DNA of 61,703 bases from Acidobacteriota bacterium (GCA_041946865.1 JBHGBF010000008.1:1-61703), one strand, 5' to 3'; shown: positions 1-9,551, numbered from the stretch's first letter. The notes: generated from the letters alone by a model not told the origin. Translations and numbers: made by a program.

Positions 1-182
1 GGACGTGCCCGCCAGGTCCGAGAGCCCCTTTGCCCCTTCCCGGTGTTACCGGTCCGAGGTGATGTCTCTCACCACCTCACTGGGCGTTACCCCCCCGCAC
101 TCCGGATATGCCACCCGCCTGAATCGAGCAATTGGCGGGAGGGGACCTTCACCCCCAAGATTCGCAGCCTCGTCGGCTGCAC
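1..182 (-). mobile_element. Probable group II intron, 5' end (domain I), continuing beyond the left edge of the window
   Basis: Minus strand from 182 reads GTGCAGCCGACGAGGCTGCG-AATCTT-GGGGGTGAAGGTCCCC, then GGGGGGTAACGCCC. This is a GUGYR-like start, an immediate hairpin, a GGGTGAARGTCCC-type stem and a GTAA-loop stem, the layout of group II intron 5' domains. No credible ORF here; RT/maturase and domains V-VI are not in the window. Confidence 0.6.
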
Positions 183-274
183 CCTTAAAGGCGCAACTAC
201 AAACATGATCCGAAGAAGACTGAGAGGTTACGACTCGAGTCAAGACAGAGAAAACAAGGACCGGAGAAAAAGAA

Positions 275-895
275 TCAGTCGAGCTTGATTCCCTGCTCGG
301 CCAGCGCCTGACGAACCATGGCGGGGCCTTTCGCGAGGCAGGCCCGCAGGCCCGCATCCAGGGCGGCCGTGACGCACTCGGGGTTGTCGTCGAAGAAGAG
401 CACAGCGGCGGGATCCAGTTGCAAGTCCCGGATGACCCATTGGTAGGCGGAGCGGTCGGGCTTCATGAGACCGATCTCGAACGACGCGTACGACCGGTGG
501 AAACGGGCCACCAGCCCCTGGAGGCCGCTCGCCCTCCAGTGCACGGGATTGTTGTTGGACAGGCAGGCGAGCATGAAGTGGGGCCGAAGCGCGTCGAGCA
601 GCTCAAAACTTCCCGGGAGCGGTCCCCTGTCCCAGGAGCGAAAGGCTTCGAGAAAAGCCTCGGGCGCGAGATCGACTCCAAGCTCCCGCACCACGCCGGC
701 GGCAAAGTCAGCGGGATCACACCGGCCGGTTTCAAAGCGGCGCACCCACTCGGACTCAAGCCAGAACCGCCGGGCCTGTTCCGCAGTAAAACGCCCCCTG
801 GTCAGCGCGATCAGAGGTTCGATTCCGTCCCATTCGACGAGCACGCCACCCAAGTCAAAGAGCAGGCACTCGGGCCTTGCGCTGGTTTGGCTCAT
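275..895 (-). CDS. HAD-superfamily (IA) phosphatase/hydrolase
   Basis: Motif I LLFDLGGVL, motif II LSNN, motif III KP, motif IV FFDDNPE. Confidence 0.9.
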   Translation of the reverse strand: MSQTSARPECLLFDLGGVLVEWDGIEPLIALTRGRFTAEQARRFWLESEWVRRFETGRCDPADFAAGVVRELGVDLAPEAFLEAFRSWDRGPLPGSFELLDALRPHFMLACLSNNNPVHWRASGLQGLVARFHRSYASFEIGLMKPDRSAYQWVIRDLQLDPAAVLFFDDNPECVTAALDAGLRACLAKGPAMVRQALAEQGIKLD

Positions 896-958
896 GGTGG
901 ATTCAGTCTAATCGTGGGGAGGCGTCAAGGACAACATGCGCTCCCAGTCCGCTGACGG

Positions 959-1053
959 TCCGCAAAAAGCGCTGCGCTTGCGGTTCTGTTCAGTTCCCGG
1001 CGGTGGCACGCACCCGACGCGCTCCGCAAAAAACGCTGCGCTTGCGGCTCTGT
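959..1053 (+). repeat. Two tandem copies (959-989, 1023-1053) of a ~31 bp palindromic REP-like unit
   Basis: TCCGCAAAAA(G/A)CGCTGCGCTTGCGG(T/C)TCTGT twice, 64 bp apart; a third, inverted copy lies at 4523-4553. Confidence 0.75.
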
Positions 1054-1063
1054 GGCGCTTTTG

Positions 1064-1123
1064 CTTCATCCTTCATCCTTCATCCTTTCCCTGCGTAGCG
1101 CTTTCGCTTCATCCTTCATCCTT
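1064..1123 (+). repeat. Short heptamer (CTTCATC/TTCATCC) tandem repeats
   Basis: cttcatccttcatccttcatcctt at 1064-1087 and cttcatccttcatcctt at 1107-1123. Confidence 0.75.
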
Positions 1124-1144
1124 CCGCAAGTTCAGGCGGCGTCG

Positions 1145-2194
1145 TCACACGGTGCGGTCGTTAGCCCGTGATTCCCAGTAGTCGAAACTCGGGCCCATCT
1201 TCTTTTTGAGCGGCAGTGTGATCTCGTCCAGCCGGCGGATGACATCGGCCGAAGGTGGCGAGGCAAAGGCTCTCACGTTTTCTATCAGCTGGCGCGCGTT
1301 TCGGGCCCCGGCGAGTGTGCAGGTGACTGCCGGGCGAGCGACGCACCAGGTCAAAGCGAGATTCGAGACGCTGGTGTTCAGCTCCCGGGCGAGGGAGTGA
1401 ATCTTCGACAGCGCCTCTGCCAACTCGCTTTCGGCGCCATTTTCTCCGTGCCGGGCCAGAGACACCTTGCGGCTGTCAAAGTGGCGTGTGCGGCGGCGCA
1501 ACGCCGGCAGTTGATCAAGCGACCGGTACCGGTCGCTCAGAAGGCCCTGCTGAAGCGCCATGTAGCCCACGACCCCGATGCCGCGCCCGGCGCACGCCGG
1601 CAGGATCTCCCACTCGATGGCCCGCGAGACCAGGCTGTACGGAAGCTGGTTGACCGCGATCCCGGCGCCGGTTCGCACCGCCTCGTCCAGCCGCTCGCAC
1701 CCGAAATTGCTGACGCCGATGTAGCGGATCTTGCCCTGGTCGCGTAACCTTGTCAGTTCGGCAAAAACCTCGTCGACCACGGGCGGAATGGTGATGGAGC
1801 GGTCGAACTGATGGATACCTTTCAACGTCAGAGGCCAATGAATCATGTAGAGGTCGATATAATCAGTGCCCAGCCTTTTCAGGCTGGCTTCACAGTGCTC
1901 GGTCACCAGGCCGGGGAAGGCGTTCGAGGGACTGAGCTTCGTCCCGATCACGATCGAGTCCCGCGAAATCCCACGGGTTGCCTGACCGAGCCCGCTTTCA
2001 CTTCGGCCGGCATTGTAGGCCTCGGCCGTATCGAAGTAATTGACACCGAGGTCTACCGCGCAACGCACTACTTCCTCCGCGTCCCTCTGATTCTGCGGAC
2101 CCCAGTAGTCTGCTTCCCCCCCGCCGAAGGACCAGCAGCCGATGCCCAGTTCAGACAGCTTCAGGCCTGTCTTTCCACATTCGCGAATCTGCAT
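1145..2194 (-). CDS. Aldo/keto reductase
   Basis: LGIGCWSFGG, FDTAEAYNAG, GTK, SLKRLGTDYIDLYMIHWP, GKIRYIGVSNF, NQLPYSL. Confidence 0.95.
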   Translation of the reverse strand: MQIRECGKTGLKLSELGIGCWSFGGGEADYWGPQNQRDAEEVVRCAVDLGVNYFDTAEAYNAGRSESGLGQATRGISRDSIVIGTKLSPSNAFPGLVTEHCEASLKRLGTDYIDLYMIHWPLTLKGIHQFDRSITIPPVVDEVFAELTRLRDQGKIRYIGVSNFGCERLDEAVRTGAGIAVNQLPYSLVSRAIEWEILPACAGRGIGVVGYMALQQGLLSDRYRSLDQLPALRRRTRHFDSRKVSLARHGENGAESELAEALSKIHSLARELNTSVSNLALTWCVARPAVTCTLAGARNARQLIENVRAFASPPSADVIRRLDEITLPLKKKMGPSFDYWESRANDRTV

Positions 2195-2315
2195 GAGTAC
2201 CTCCGCTGCGATTCTAGCCGGTTAAAAGAGTCGCCGTGCAGGGTTTTTTTCTGGAAGACCGCGAATCGGATCGGCAAATCCGCGGGACTCATCAGCAACG
2301 GAAGCGCTCCAGAAC

Positions 2316-4496
2316 CTACCTGGCCCCAAACAGGATGATCTTTGCGCCCGGCCCATAGAATTTCGCCTCCAGGAGAGCACGGCCCCTTGAATCGTATCCG
2401 GCCACGGTCACACCGTTATGCCACGATTCCTTCACCACCGGAAGCCGCGTCACATAGCGGAAAGAGGCGGGGAAATAGGGGCCCTTCTGACGCCAGGCGT
2501 TTCGGTAGTTGTAGAAAATGACGACCGCGCCCTTGCCGGTATCAGGATTGATTTTTTCATGGATCTCCGGCGTCCCACCGATCTCGCCGCTGCGAGTGGG
2601 ATAGGCGGCCGTAATATCGTCGCGCACCTGCTTGTATTTCGAAAGCGTCTCGGCGAAACGTCTGGCACCGTCCTCGGAGACAGCAGGCAGGTCCCCCCAG
2701 ATACCGTTCTGACCGAGGATCAGCGACCCGAGGTTGATCCACTGCGAGTATTCCGGATCGTCAGGGAGGTAGTGGGTCATGAAAAGGACCGACGGGATCC
2801 AGCGGTCATAGTCGAGGACCACGCGGGCATTAGCCGCCCGTGCGAGCCCGGGGAAGACCAGCACGTTCGGCCCCATGCCTCCGCCCGGCGCCATTTGAGG
2901 ATCATCGAGCGAGTAGTAGTAGGGCCCGTTGTTGATGATGTAGTACTTGCCGGCCGCCAGGAATCGAAGTCCCACGGCCCGTTCGCCTTCCGTTATGTCG
3001 AAATCCACGATCGCGTCGGGCAGGGCCGCGCTGATCTTCTCGGCGATGCGGGCCATCTGCTCGGGAATCTGGAAGGAGTATGACTGCGCCCGTTCTTCGG
3101 CGGAATTGGCTTTTGTTCCGTGCCCGTGGCCAGCGTCATCACATCCGTACTGATCAAAGGCGTCCCACTTGAAATAGCGCACGCCCAGTTCCCTGCCCAG
3201 CCGGATAAGCTCCTGGGCAAAGGCATCACCAAACCGGCTCACCAGGCACATGACGTAACTTTTTTCGGTCTCCCAGACTTCGGCCGGGCCGTGCGGCCTG
3301 CCGTCGGTGGTCATGATGCAGTCCCGATGGCTCTCGAGTATGCGGCTGCTGACGGCGGCTTTGGATGTAAACCACAAGCCCAGTCTCATCCCGTGCTGAT
3401 CCAGCCGCGCTTTGACCTTCTTCAGACCGTCCGGAAACCGGGTCCTGTCGACGCTCCAGTCTCCCGTCTTGCTGAACCAACCGGCATCCACAACGAACAC
3501 CTCGATGCCCAGGCGATCGGCGGCGTCGATCTCGGCCAACATCCGATCGAGGTTCATGGTGTCCAGGTACTTGCCCTTTTTCCAGTCGTGGTTGCGTTCC
3601 TGAAAATTCCAGGTGTTGTAGAAAATGTACGGCTTCCGGCTCTCCGGATAGACCGCTTGATGCCGGAGCATGAAAGTACGGAAAGCCTGCATGACGGCAA
3701 ACCTAATCCCTTTCACCGCCCCAATCTCCATCCAGACAGTGGCGTACGGATGCTCGACGTTCAGCATCTGACCGGCGTAGTAGTTGCCTTTTACCGCATT
3801 GAGATAGGCGGTTTTGTCCGGTTTCAGCTGGTACTTGAGGTACGCGTCGGGGACCTGCGACCCGTGCTCGTACGCGATAATCAGACTGTCGGCGCTGTTG
3901 CTGGCAATCAGGATCGGACCCATAAGCTTCTGGGCGTTCTCGAAATCGCGCGGCAGCACGGGCACATCGGCGGGCTTGTAAGTGTGCGGAAGCTCGTAAA
4001 ACTCGGAAATCCGGATCTCGGCGACGTCTGGATATCGGGACAGTGAAACACCCAGGTATTCGAGCTGGTCACGGCCGCTTGCCTTGGTCAGCCTGTGAGC
4101 CGTGCGGGAAAGGAGGCGATATTGGAACCGGACGACCGGATTCGAAGGAGGCGCCCTGAAGACAAGCTCAAGCGAAAGGGCCGGATCTTCTTTGAACCGT
4201 CCGGAATAGCGATGTTCAGTGACGCCGTTTGGGAGCGTCGTGGGGCTCGCGATCGGCTGGATCTCTTGAAGCGAGGCAGTCACGAATCGACCGTCGACCT
4301 CGAAGCGCGGCGCCGAAATCTCAAAGGACTGGCCCGAATCCTTGCAGAAGTACCGCCAGAGCACGTTGGGTTGACCGAGCACCTCGACTCTGAGCCGACT
4401 GGTATCAATGGGGCTGATCTGGCCGAAGAGCGATGGCGCGGACAGAATCAGGACGAGAAGACAAAAAGTTTGAGCCGCTGGACTCTTCATAGACAC
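2316..4496 (-). CDS. Secreted alpha-galactosidase-like glycoside hydrolase (GH36/melibiase family)
   Basis: Signal peptide; YNTW, FVVDAGWF...GDW...RFPDGL, GMRLGLW and nucleophile motif YFKWD. Confidence 0.8.
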   Translation of the reverse strand: MSMKSPAAQTFCLLVLILSAPSLFGQISPIDTSRLRVEVLGQPNVLWRYFCKDSGQSFEISAPRFEVDGRFVTASLQEIQPIASPTTLPNGVTEHRYSGRFKEDPALSLELVFRAPPSNPVVRFQYRLLSRTAHRLTKASGRDQLEYLGVSLSRYPDVAEIRISEFYELPHTYKPADVPVLPRDFENAQKLMGPILIASNSADSLIIAYEHGSQVPDAYLKYQLKPDKTAYLNAVKGNYYAGQMLNVEHPYATVWMEIGAVKGIRFAVMQAFRTFMLRHQAVYPESRKPYIFYNTWNFQERNHDWKKGKYLDTMNLDRMLAEIDAADRLGIEVFVVDAGWFSKTGDWSVDRTRFPDGLKKVKARLDQHGMRLGLWFTSKAAVSSRILESHRDCIMTTDGRPHGPAEVWETEKSYVMCLVSRFGDAFAQELIRLGRELGVRYFKWDAFDQYGCDDAGHGHGTKANSAEERAQSYSFQIPEQMARIAEKISAALPDAIVDFDITEGERAVGLRFLAAGKYYIINNGPYYYSLDDPQMAPGGGMGPNVLVFPGLARAANARVVLDYDRWIPSVLFMTHYLPDDPEYSQWINLGSLILGQNGIWGDLPAVSEDGARRFAETLSKYKQVRDDITAAYPTRSGEIGGTPEIHEKINPDTGKGAVVIFYNYRNAWRQKGPYFPASFRYVTRLPVVKESWHNGVTVAGYDSRGRALLEAKFYGPGAKIILFGAR

Positions 4497-4522
4497 CGGA
4501 TGCTACCAGAAAAGCCAGGCGA

Positions 4523-4553
4523 ACAGAGCCGCAAGCGCGACGTTTTTTGCGGA
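4523..4553 (-). repeat. Third copy of the palindromic REP-like unit, in the GH36/gatE divergent intergenic region
   Basis: Reverse complement TCCGCAAAAAACGTCGCGCTTGCGGCTCTGT differs from 1023-1053 only at the palindrome centre. Confidence 0.75.
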
Positions 4554-4629
4554 GCGGCGTCGGTTGCGAACCTCTTCCACGATCCACGCGCCCGTTTGCT
4601 GTAATCTGATTCATGGGATACCTTGACGC

Positions 4630-6618
4630 ATGATGATGGAACGATTCGACTACGAAGCGGCGGGACTGATTTCCGGCCTGGAAGTCCACCAGCAGCTTCT
4701 CACGGAGCACAAGCTCTTCTGTCGCTGCCCCGCGGGGCTGTACACGACGACTCATGACGGGGAGATGCTCCGGCATATGCGGCCGACGCTTTCCGAGCTG
4801 GGTGTCTACGACGGCACTGCCCTGATGGAATTCAAGACGAAGAAGGAGATCATCTACCTCCTCAACCACAAGAACGTGTGCACGTATGAGATGGACGACA
4901 CCCCGCCCTTCCTGGTGAACCAGCAGGCCATCGACATAGCGATCGAGCTCTGCCTGACCATGAACATGGACATCATCGACGAGGTCCACATTGCCCGGAA
5001 ACAGTACCTGGACGGCTCGATCCCCACCGGGTTTCAGCGCACCGCCATCGTGGGAGTCAATGGCTGGCTGCCGTTCCGGGATCGCAGGATCACCATCACC
5101 CATGTATCGGTCGAAGAGGATTCCTGCCGGGAGGTCAGCGATCAAGGCCATCGGATTGTCTGGCGAACCGACCGGCTGGGGATGCCGCTGACGGAAACCG
5201 TGACTGGCCCGGACCTTCGGAGCCCCGATGAAGTGCGGAATGCGATCATGCTGTGTGGACTCGTGGCCCGCAACACGGGCCGGGTGAGGACCGGTATCGG
5301 CGCCAGCCGCCAGGACATCAACGTGAGCGTCCGGGGAGGCAGCCGCGTGGAGATCAAGGGCGTGCCCCGGGCAGGATATGCCGTCAAACTAGTCCACAAC
5401 GAAGCCATCCGTCAGGCGAATCTGCTGAAACTTCGAGACGAAATGCAGGCGCGGGGCTTCCGTGAGGCCAGCCAGATCAGGACTCGCGCCTTCGATGTTT
5501 CCGACATCTTTGCACAGGTCGATATGGGCGCCGTCCGGCGTGCTCTGCAGTCCGGGGGCCGGGTGTTCGCTATACGGACAGAGGGAGTGGCGGGCCTGGC
5601 CCAGTGGCCGACCCAGCCTCATACGCGGTTCCTGGATGAGTTGTCCGGGCGCATTCGGGTTATCGCCTGCCTGGACCAGCCTCCGGTCGTCTTGTCCGAG
5701 GACAGCATGCCCGAATTCCCACACCGGCATAAGGTCATCGAGCGCGTACGCAAGCGTGTCCGGCAAGGAGAGAATGACGACTTTTTTATCGTATTTGGGC
5801 CGGAAGAGGACTGCCGGACCGCGGCCGAAGAAATCCGGATCCGCTTTGGTGAGGCGATCGAGGGTGTGCCCAAAGAGACCCGGCAGGCGCTTTTTGGGGG
5901 ATACACCACCTTCGAGCGCATTCTCCCCGGCCCGGACCGCATGTACCCCGATACCGATTCCCCGCCCAGCCGCATCACTCCGGAACGCGTCGCGGCAGCC
6001 CGGGCCCGGCTTCGCCCGGCTCCATGGGAAAGGATCGCTCGCTACCTCTCCTGGCGAGTCCCCGAGGAGACGGCTCATTACCTGTTGCGTCGCGGCGGGG
6101 CGGAGATTGTCGATACTGTGGTCGAGCACACCGGAGTCGACGGCCTGGTCGCGGCCATCGAAATCGGCCAGCGGGCCAAGGCCCTGGCCCGGGCCGGCAT
6201 CCCCGTCAAGAACCTGGACACGGCTGCCTGGATCGGCATTTTCGATCTGCTGACCGACGGGCGGATCGCCCGGGAAGCGGTCCCTCTGCTGGCAACGGAA
6301 ATGGCGAAACATCCCGGCTTGAGCGCCCAGGAAGCCTGTGCGGCGGCCGGCGTCGCAGCCTTGCCCGAAAGGGAATGGATGGCGCGATTGGACGAGTTGA
6401 CGCTCGATGGGTACCGGAGCCTGAATTGTGACCGGAGTCTTCGGAATCCGCCAGGCCGAACGCTCGAGCGTCCGGCCAACGCCAGGGAAAGCGACAACCT
6501 TGAGAAAGCCGTCCGGTTCCTGGCCGGCAAGGCCATGAAGATGCTCCGCGGAAAGGCGCCGGCACGCGAAGTCGTCGATTATCTGCGCGAGAAACTGGTA
6601 CGAGAGGTGACGCAATGA
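4630..6618 (+). CDS. gatE: Glu-tRNA(Gln) amidotransferase subunit E (archaeal-type)
   Basis: GLEVHQQL..KLFCRCP, RKQYLDGS..GFQRT, EEDSCR, DRLGMPL, RQDINVSVRGGSRVEIKGVP, GAD-like insertion, PGPDRMYPDTD; 662 aa, longer than GatB. Confidence 0.9.
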   Translation: MMMERFDYEAAGLISGLEVHQQLLTEHKLFCRCPAGLYTTTHDGEMLRHMRPTLSELGVYDGTALMEFKTKKEIIYLLNHKNVCTYEMDDTPPFLVNQQAIDIAIELCLTMNMDIIDEVHIARKQYLDGSIPTGFQRTAIVGVNGWLPFRDRRITITHVSVEEDSCREVSDQGHRIVWRTDRLGMPLTETVTGPDLRSPDEVRNAIMLCGLVARNTGRVRTGIGASRQDINVSVRGGSRVEIKGVPRAGYAVKLVHNEAIRQANLLKLRDEMQARGFREASQIRTRAFDVSDIFAQVDMGAVRRALQSGGRVFAIRTEGVAGLAQWPTQPHTRFLDELSGRIRVIACLDQPPVVLSEDSMPEFPHRHKVIERVRKRVRQGENDDFFIVFGPEEDCRTAAEEIRIRFGEAIEGVPKETRQALFGGYTTFERILPGPDRMYPDTDSPPSRITPERVAAARARLRPAPWERIARYLSWRVPEETAHYLLRRGGAEIVDTVVEHTGVDGLVAAIEIGQRAKALARAGIPVKNLDTAAWIGIFDLLTDGRIAREAVPLLATEMAKHPGLSAQEACAAAGVAALPEREWMARLDELTLDGYRSLNCDRSLRNPPGRTLERPANARESDNLEKAVRFLAGKAMKMLRGKAPAREVVDYLREKLVREVTQ

Positions 6619-8039
6619 CGCCCAACTACGAGGAGCGGGACGATCGGTTCCAGGGGTACCGGGGCCGGGCCCGCCAGCTGCTCGAAAGATACAGGATCGG
6701 CGTGTGGAGTGAGGTGGAGCTGAGAAACGACGAGGGGTCCGTTTTCACGGGAGTAGTGCTTCCCCGCAACGAGACAGCAGATCCCTTGCACGTGGTGGTG
6801 AAGCTGACCAACGGCTACAACGTCGGCCTGCACGCCGACCGCATCGTGGCCGCCAGAGAGTTGGGCTATCGCAAGGCGGTCTACAAGATCCCCGAGAAAG
6901 ACTTCCCCTTCGATCCCAAGAAAAAGCAGGTCACACTGCTGGGTACGGGGGGCACCATCGCGTCACGCCTCGATTACCGCACAGGCGCCGTCATTCCGGC
7001 CTTTACACCGGGCGAACTGTACGGGGCGGTTCCGGAATTGGCCGACATCGCCAATTTGTCGACCAAGAAGCTGTTTGGCGTCTTCAGCGAGAACATGGGT
7101 CCGGAACAGTACAAGGCCCTCGCGATCGCCATCGGTGAAGAGATCGAGAAGGGCGTCGACGGGATCGTCATCGGCCACGGCACCGACACGATGAGCCACA
7201 CGGGCGCGATCCTGAGCTTCATGGTGCAGAACAGCCCGGTTCCCATCGTCCTGGTGGGGAGCCAGCGGTCCTCGGACCGGCCCTCCTCGGATGCGGCGCT
7301 CAATCTCATGAACGGCGTCCGGACAGCCGCGGAATGCGACATCGCAGAAGTCGTGCTGTGCATGTTCGGCCCCACCTCCGACAATTACGATCTGCTTCAC
7401 CGGGGGACACGATGCCGCAAGATGCATTCCAGCTACCGGAGCACCTTTCGCACGATCGGGGCAACGCCGCTCGCCATGGTAAGCCCCAAGCCTTACGAGG
7501 ACGGCCGTTACTTCAAATACCTGACCGACGATTTCCTGCCACGGAACAAGTCGCGCAAACCTTTGATCACGCCCGCGTTTGAAGAGAAGGTGACGATCCA
7601 GTACTACTACCCGAACTTCAACCCGGACATTATCGACGCCCTTTCCGGCGCCGGATACCGCGGGATCGTGATTGCTGGAACCGGCTTGGGACACGTGAAC
7701 AAGCCGTTGTACCCTGCCATCCGGCGGGCCATTGAAAAGGGTTTGACGGTGGTCATGACCGTGCAAACGCTCTGGGGATACGCCCAGATGTACGTTTATG
7801 ACACCGGCCGTGACCTGCTCGACCTGGGCATCATTCCGCTCGACAACATGCTCCCCGAAGTCGCCTGCATGAAACTCGCCTGGGTGCTGGGACAGACCGA
7901 CGATCCCAAGCGCATCCGCCACATGCTGACCACGCCGATCAATCACGAGACCACCCCGCGCGAGCCGCACAACGGCTACCTGATCATGCAGGGCGGTTTA
8001 CCCGAGGTCGAGGCGTTCATCGGCCGGCACTGGAAGTGA
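6615..8039 (+). CDS. gatD: Glu-tRNA(Gln) amidotransferase subunit D (asparaginase-fold glutaminase)
   Basis: GatD N-domain (VVKLTNGYNVG), TGGTIASRLDYRTGAV, HGTDTM, GSQRSSDRPSSD, RKMHSS; ATGA overlap with gatE. Confidence 0.92.
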   Translation: MTPNYEERDDRFQGYRGRARQLLERYRIGVWSEVELRNDEGSVFTGVVLPRNETADPLHVVVKLTNGYNVGLHADRIVAARELGYRKAVYKIPEKDFPFDPKKKQVTLLGTGGTIASRLDYRTGAVIPAFTPGELYGAVPELADIANLSTKKLFGVFSENMGPEQYKALAIAIGEEIEKGVDGIVIGHGTDTMSHTGAILSFMVQNSPVPIVLVGSQRSSDRPSSDAALNLMNGVRTAAECDIAEVVLCMFGPTSDNYDLLHRGTRCRKMHSSYRSTFRTIGATPLAMVSPKPYEDGRYFKYLTDDFLPRNKSRKPLITPAFEEKVTIQYYYPNFNPDIIDALSGAGYRGIVIAGTGLGHVNKPLYPAIRRAIEKGLTVVMTVQTLWGYAQMYVYDTGRDLLDLGIIPLDNMLPEVACMKLAWVLGQTDDPKRIRHMLTTPINHETTPREPHNGYLIMQGGLPEVEAFIGRHWK

Positions 8040-9535
8040 TCCACGACGTAACCCCTCAGTTTTTTGTTCGGAGTGTGGCAGCAACGAGGAGAGAGGCCGG
8101 TGGGCTGATCGGCTTGTCGGTCAGCGCGATTATCCTTGGCGCCATTGGCGGGAATATCATCGCAGGCCCCCTGGCCGATCGATTCGGACGCAAGCCGATT
8201 CTGATCGTCACCGCCCTTCTCTTCGCGTTCTGCGCTCTCGGTTGCGCGCTCGCACAAGGAGTCTATTTCTTCATTGTCGCGCGCGTGGTCGGCGGGTTCG
8301 GCGTAGGAATGGCGATCCTGGTCGCTCCCATGTATATCGCCGAGACTTCGCCGCGCAGGCTCCGCGGATTGCTGGTGACGTTCAATCAGCTCAACATCGT
8401 CCTCGGGATCTCCATCGCCTATTTTTCGAACTATTACATACAGCGGACGGTGACCGACACATCCGTTAACTGGCGCTGGATGCTCGGTGTGGGGCTCATA
8501 CCGGCTTTGCTCTACTTCATCCTGCTGTTTGTCGTACCGGAAAGCCCGCGGTGGCTGGTGCGCCGGGAGCGCCAGGCGGATGCGCTGGCCGTGCTCCGGC
8601 GGGTCGGCGGCGACGAACACGCGCAGAGTGAGTTGAGCGAAATCAAGGCGAGTCTCGAAAGCTCTGCCGGCGCACGTTCAGGAAGCGTGGCGCAGGTGTT
8701 CTCCAGGCCGATGAAAACCGTCATGATCATCGGCTTCGGAATCGCCTTTTTCCAGCAGATCACGGGCATCAACGCCATCTTCTACTATGCCCCGATGATC
8801 TTCGAGATGGCAGGCGGCGGCAAAGACGCCGCCTTCATGCAGGCTTCGATCCTGGGACTGACGAATCTGGTCATGACCCTGGTGGCAATGGCCCTGATCG
8901 ACCGGCTGGGGCGCCGTCCTCTGCTGATCATCGGCGCCTCAGGCCTGACCCTCGCCCTGGTCCTTGCCGGGGCCGCCTTCCGGAACGGCTCCTACACCTT
9001 GACGGATTCCGGTCTGGCTGTGGTTCGTCAGGAGATCGCCAAGACCGCGGGAGAAGGCAATGCCGTGCAGGTGTCGGACGGACTAGCCGGTATGACAGGC
9101 GTGACCTACGACAGAGAGGTCCCATTCTTCCGGGCGATCGAGGAGCGGATTGGATCCGCGAACTACAATCAGCACAAGGAGCTGATCGTCAAGAACAGTA
9201 TCAGCATCAACTCCACCCTGGTTCTTATCGGCCTGGTCGTCTACGTTGCCTCGTTTGCCATCTCGCTCGGCCCGGTCATGTGGGCTTTGCTCTCGGAAAT
9301 CTTTCCGAACCGGATCCGCGGTCTCGCGATCTCGATTGTCGGCTTCTGGAATTCGATCGTCAGTTTTTCCGTGGCCACGGTCTTCCCGGTCGAGCTCGAG
9401 CGCCTCGGCTCCAGTATGACCTACTTTATTTATGCCCTGTTCGGTTTCCTGACGATTCTCTTTGTGCTCAGATTCGTGCCGGAAACCAAGGGCAAATCGC
9501 TGGAACAACTTGAGAAAATGCTGGTTCGTGGATAA
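8036..9535 (+). CDS. Sugar porter MFS transporter (first TM helix apparently missing)
   Basis: DRFGRK, PMYIAE, PESPRWL, QQITGINAIFYY, DRLGRR, SEIFPNRIR, PETKGKSLE; lacks the usual TM1 GGxLFGxD motif. Confidence 0.85.
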   Translation: MIHDVTPQFFVRSVAATRREAGGLIGLSVSAIILGAIGGNIIAGPLADRFGRKPILIVTALLFAFCALGCALAQGVYFFIVARVVGGFGVGMAILVAPMYIAETSPRRLRGLLVTFNQLNIVLGISIAYFSNYYIQRTVTDTSVNWRWMLGVGLIPALLYFILLFVVPESPRWLVRRERQADALAVLRRVGGDEHAQSELSEIKASLESSAGARSGSVAQVFSRPMKTVMIIGFGIAFFQQITGINAIFYYAPMIFEMAGGGKDAAFMQASILGLTNLVMTLVAMALIDRLGRRPLLIIGASGLTLALVLAGAAFRNGSYTLTDSGLAVVRQEIAKTAGEGNAVQVSDGLAGMTGVTYDREVPFFRAIEERIGSANYNQHKELIVKNSISINSTLVLIGLVVYVASFAISLGPVMWALLSEIFPNRIRGLAISIVGFWNSIVSFSVATVFPVELERLGSSMTYFIYALFGFLTILFVLRFVPETKGKSLEQLEKMLVRG

Positions 9536-9551
9536 ACAAGAAAAGACGAGG

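Noticed and set aside
5-357. Short ORFs at the window start
   Set aside because: No protein motifs; the region is better explained as structured intron RNA plus intergenic DNA
926-1060. Integron attC sites
   Set aside because: No RYYYAAC...GTTRRRY boundaries, no cassette-like gene array and no integrase
4630-8039. Calling these genes gatB and L-asparaginase ansA
   Set aside because: The length and insertion of the first protein, and the N-terminal domain plus RLDYRTGAV/SQRSSDR motifs of the second, fit GatE and GatD
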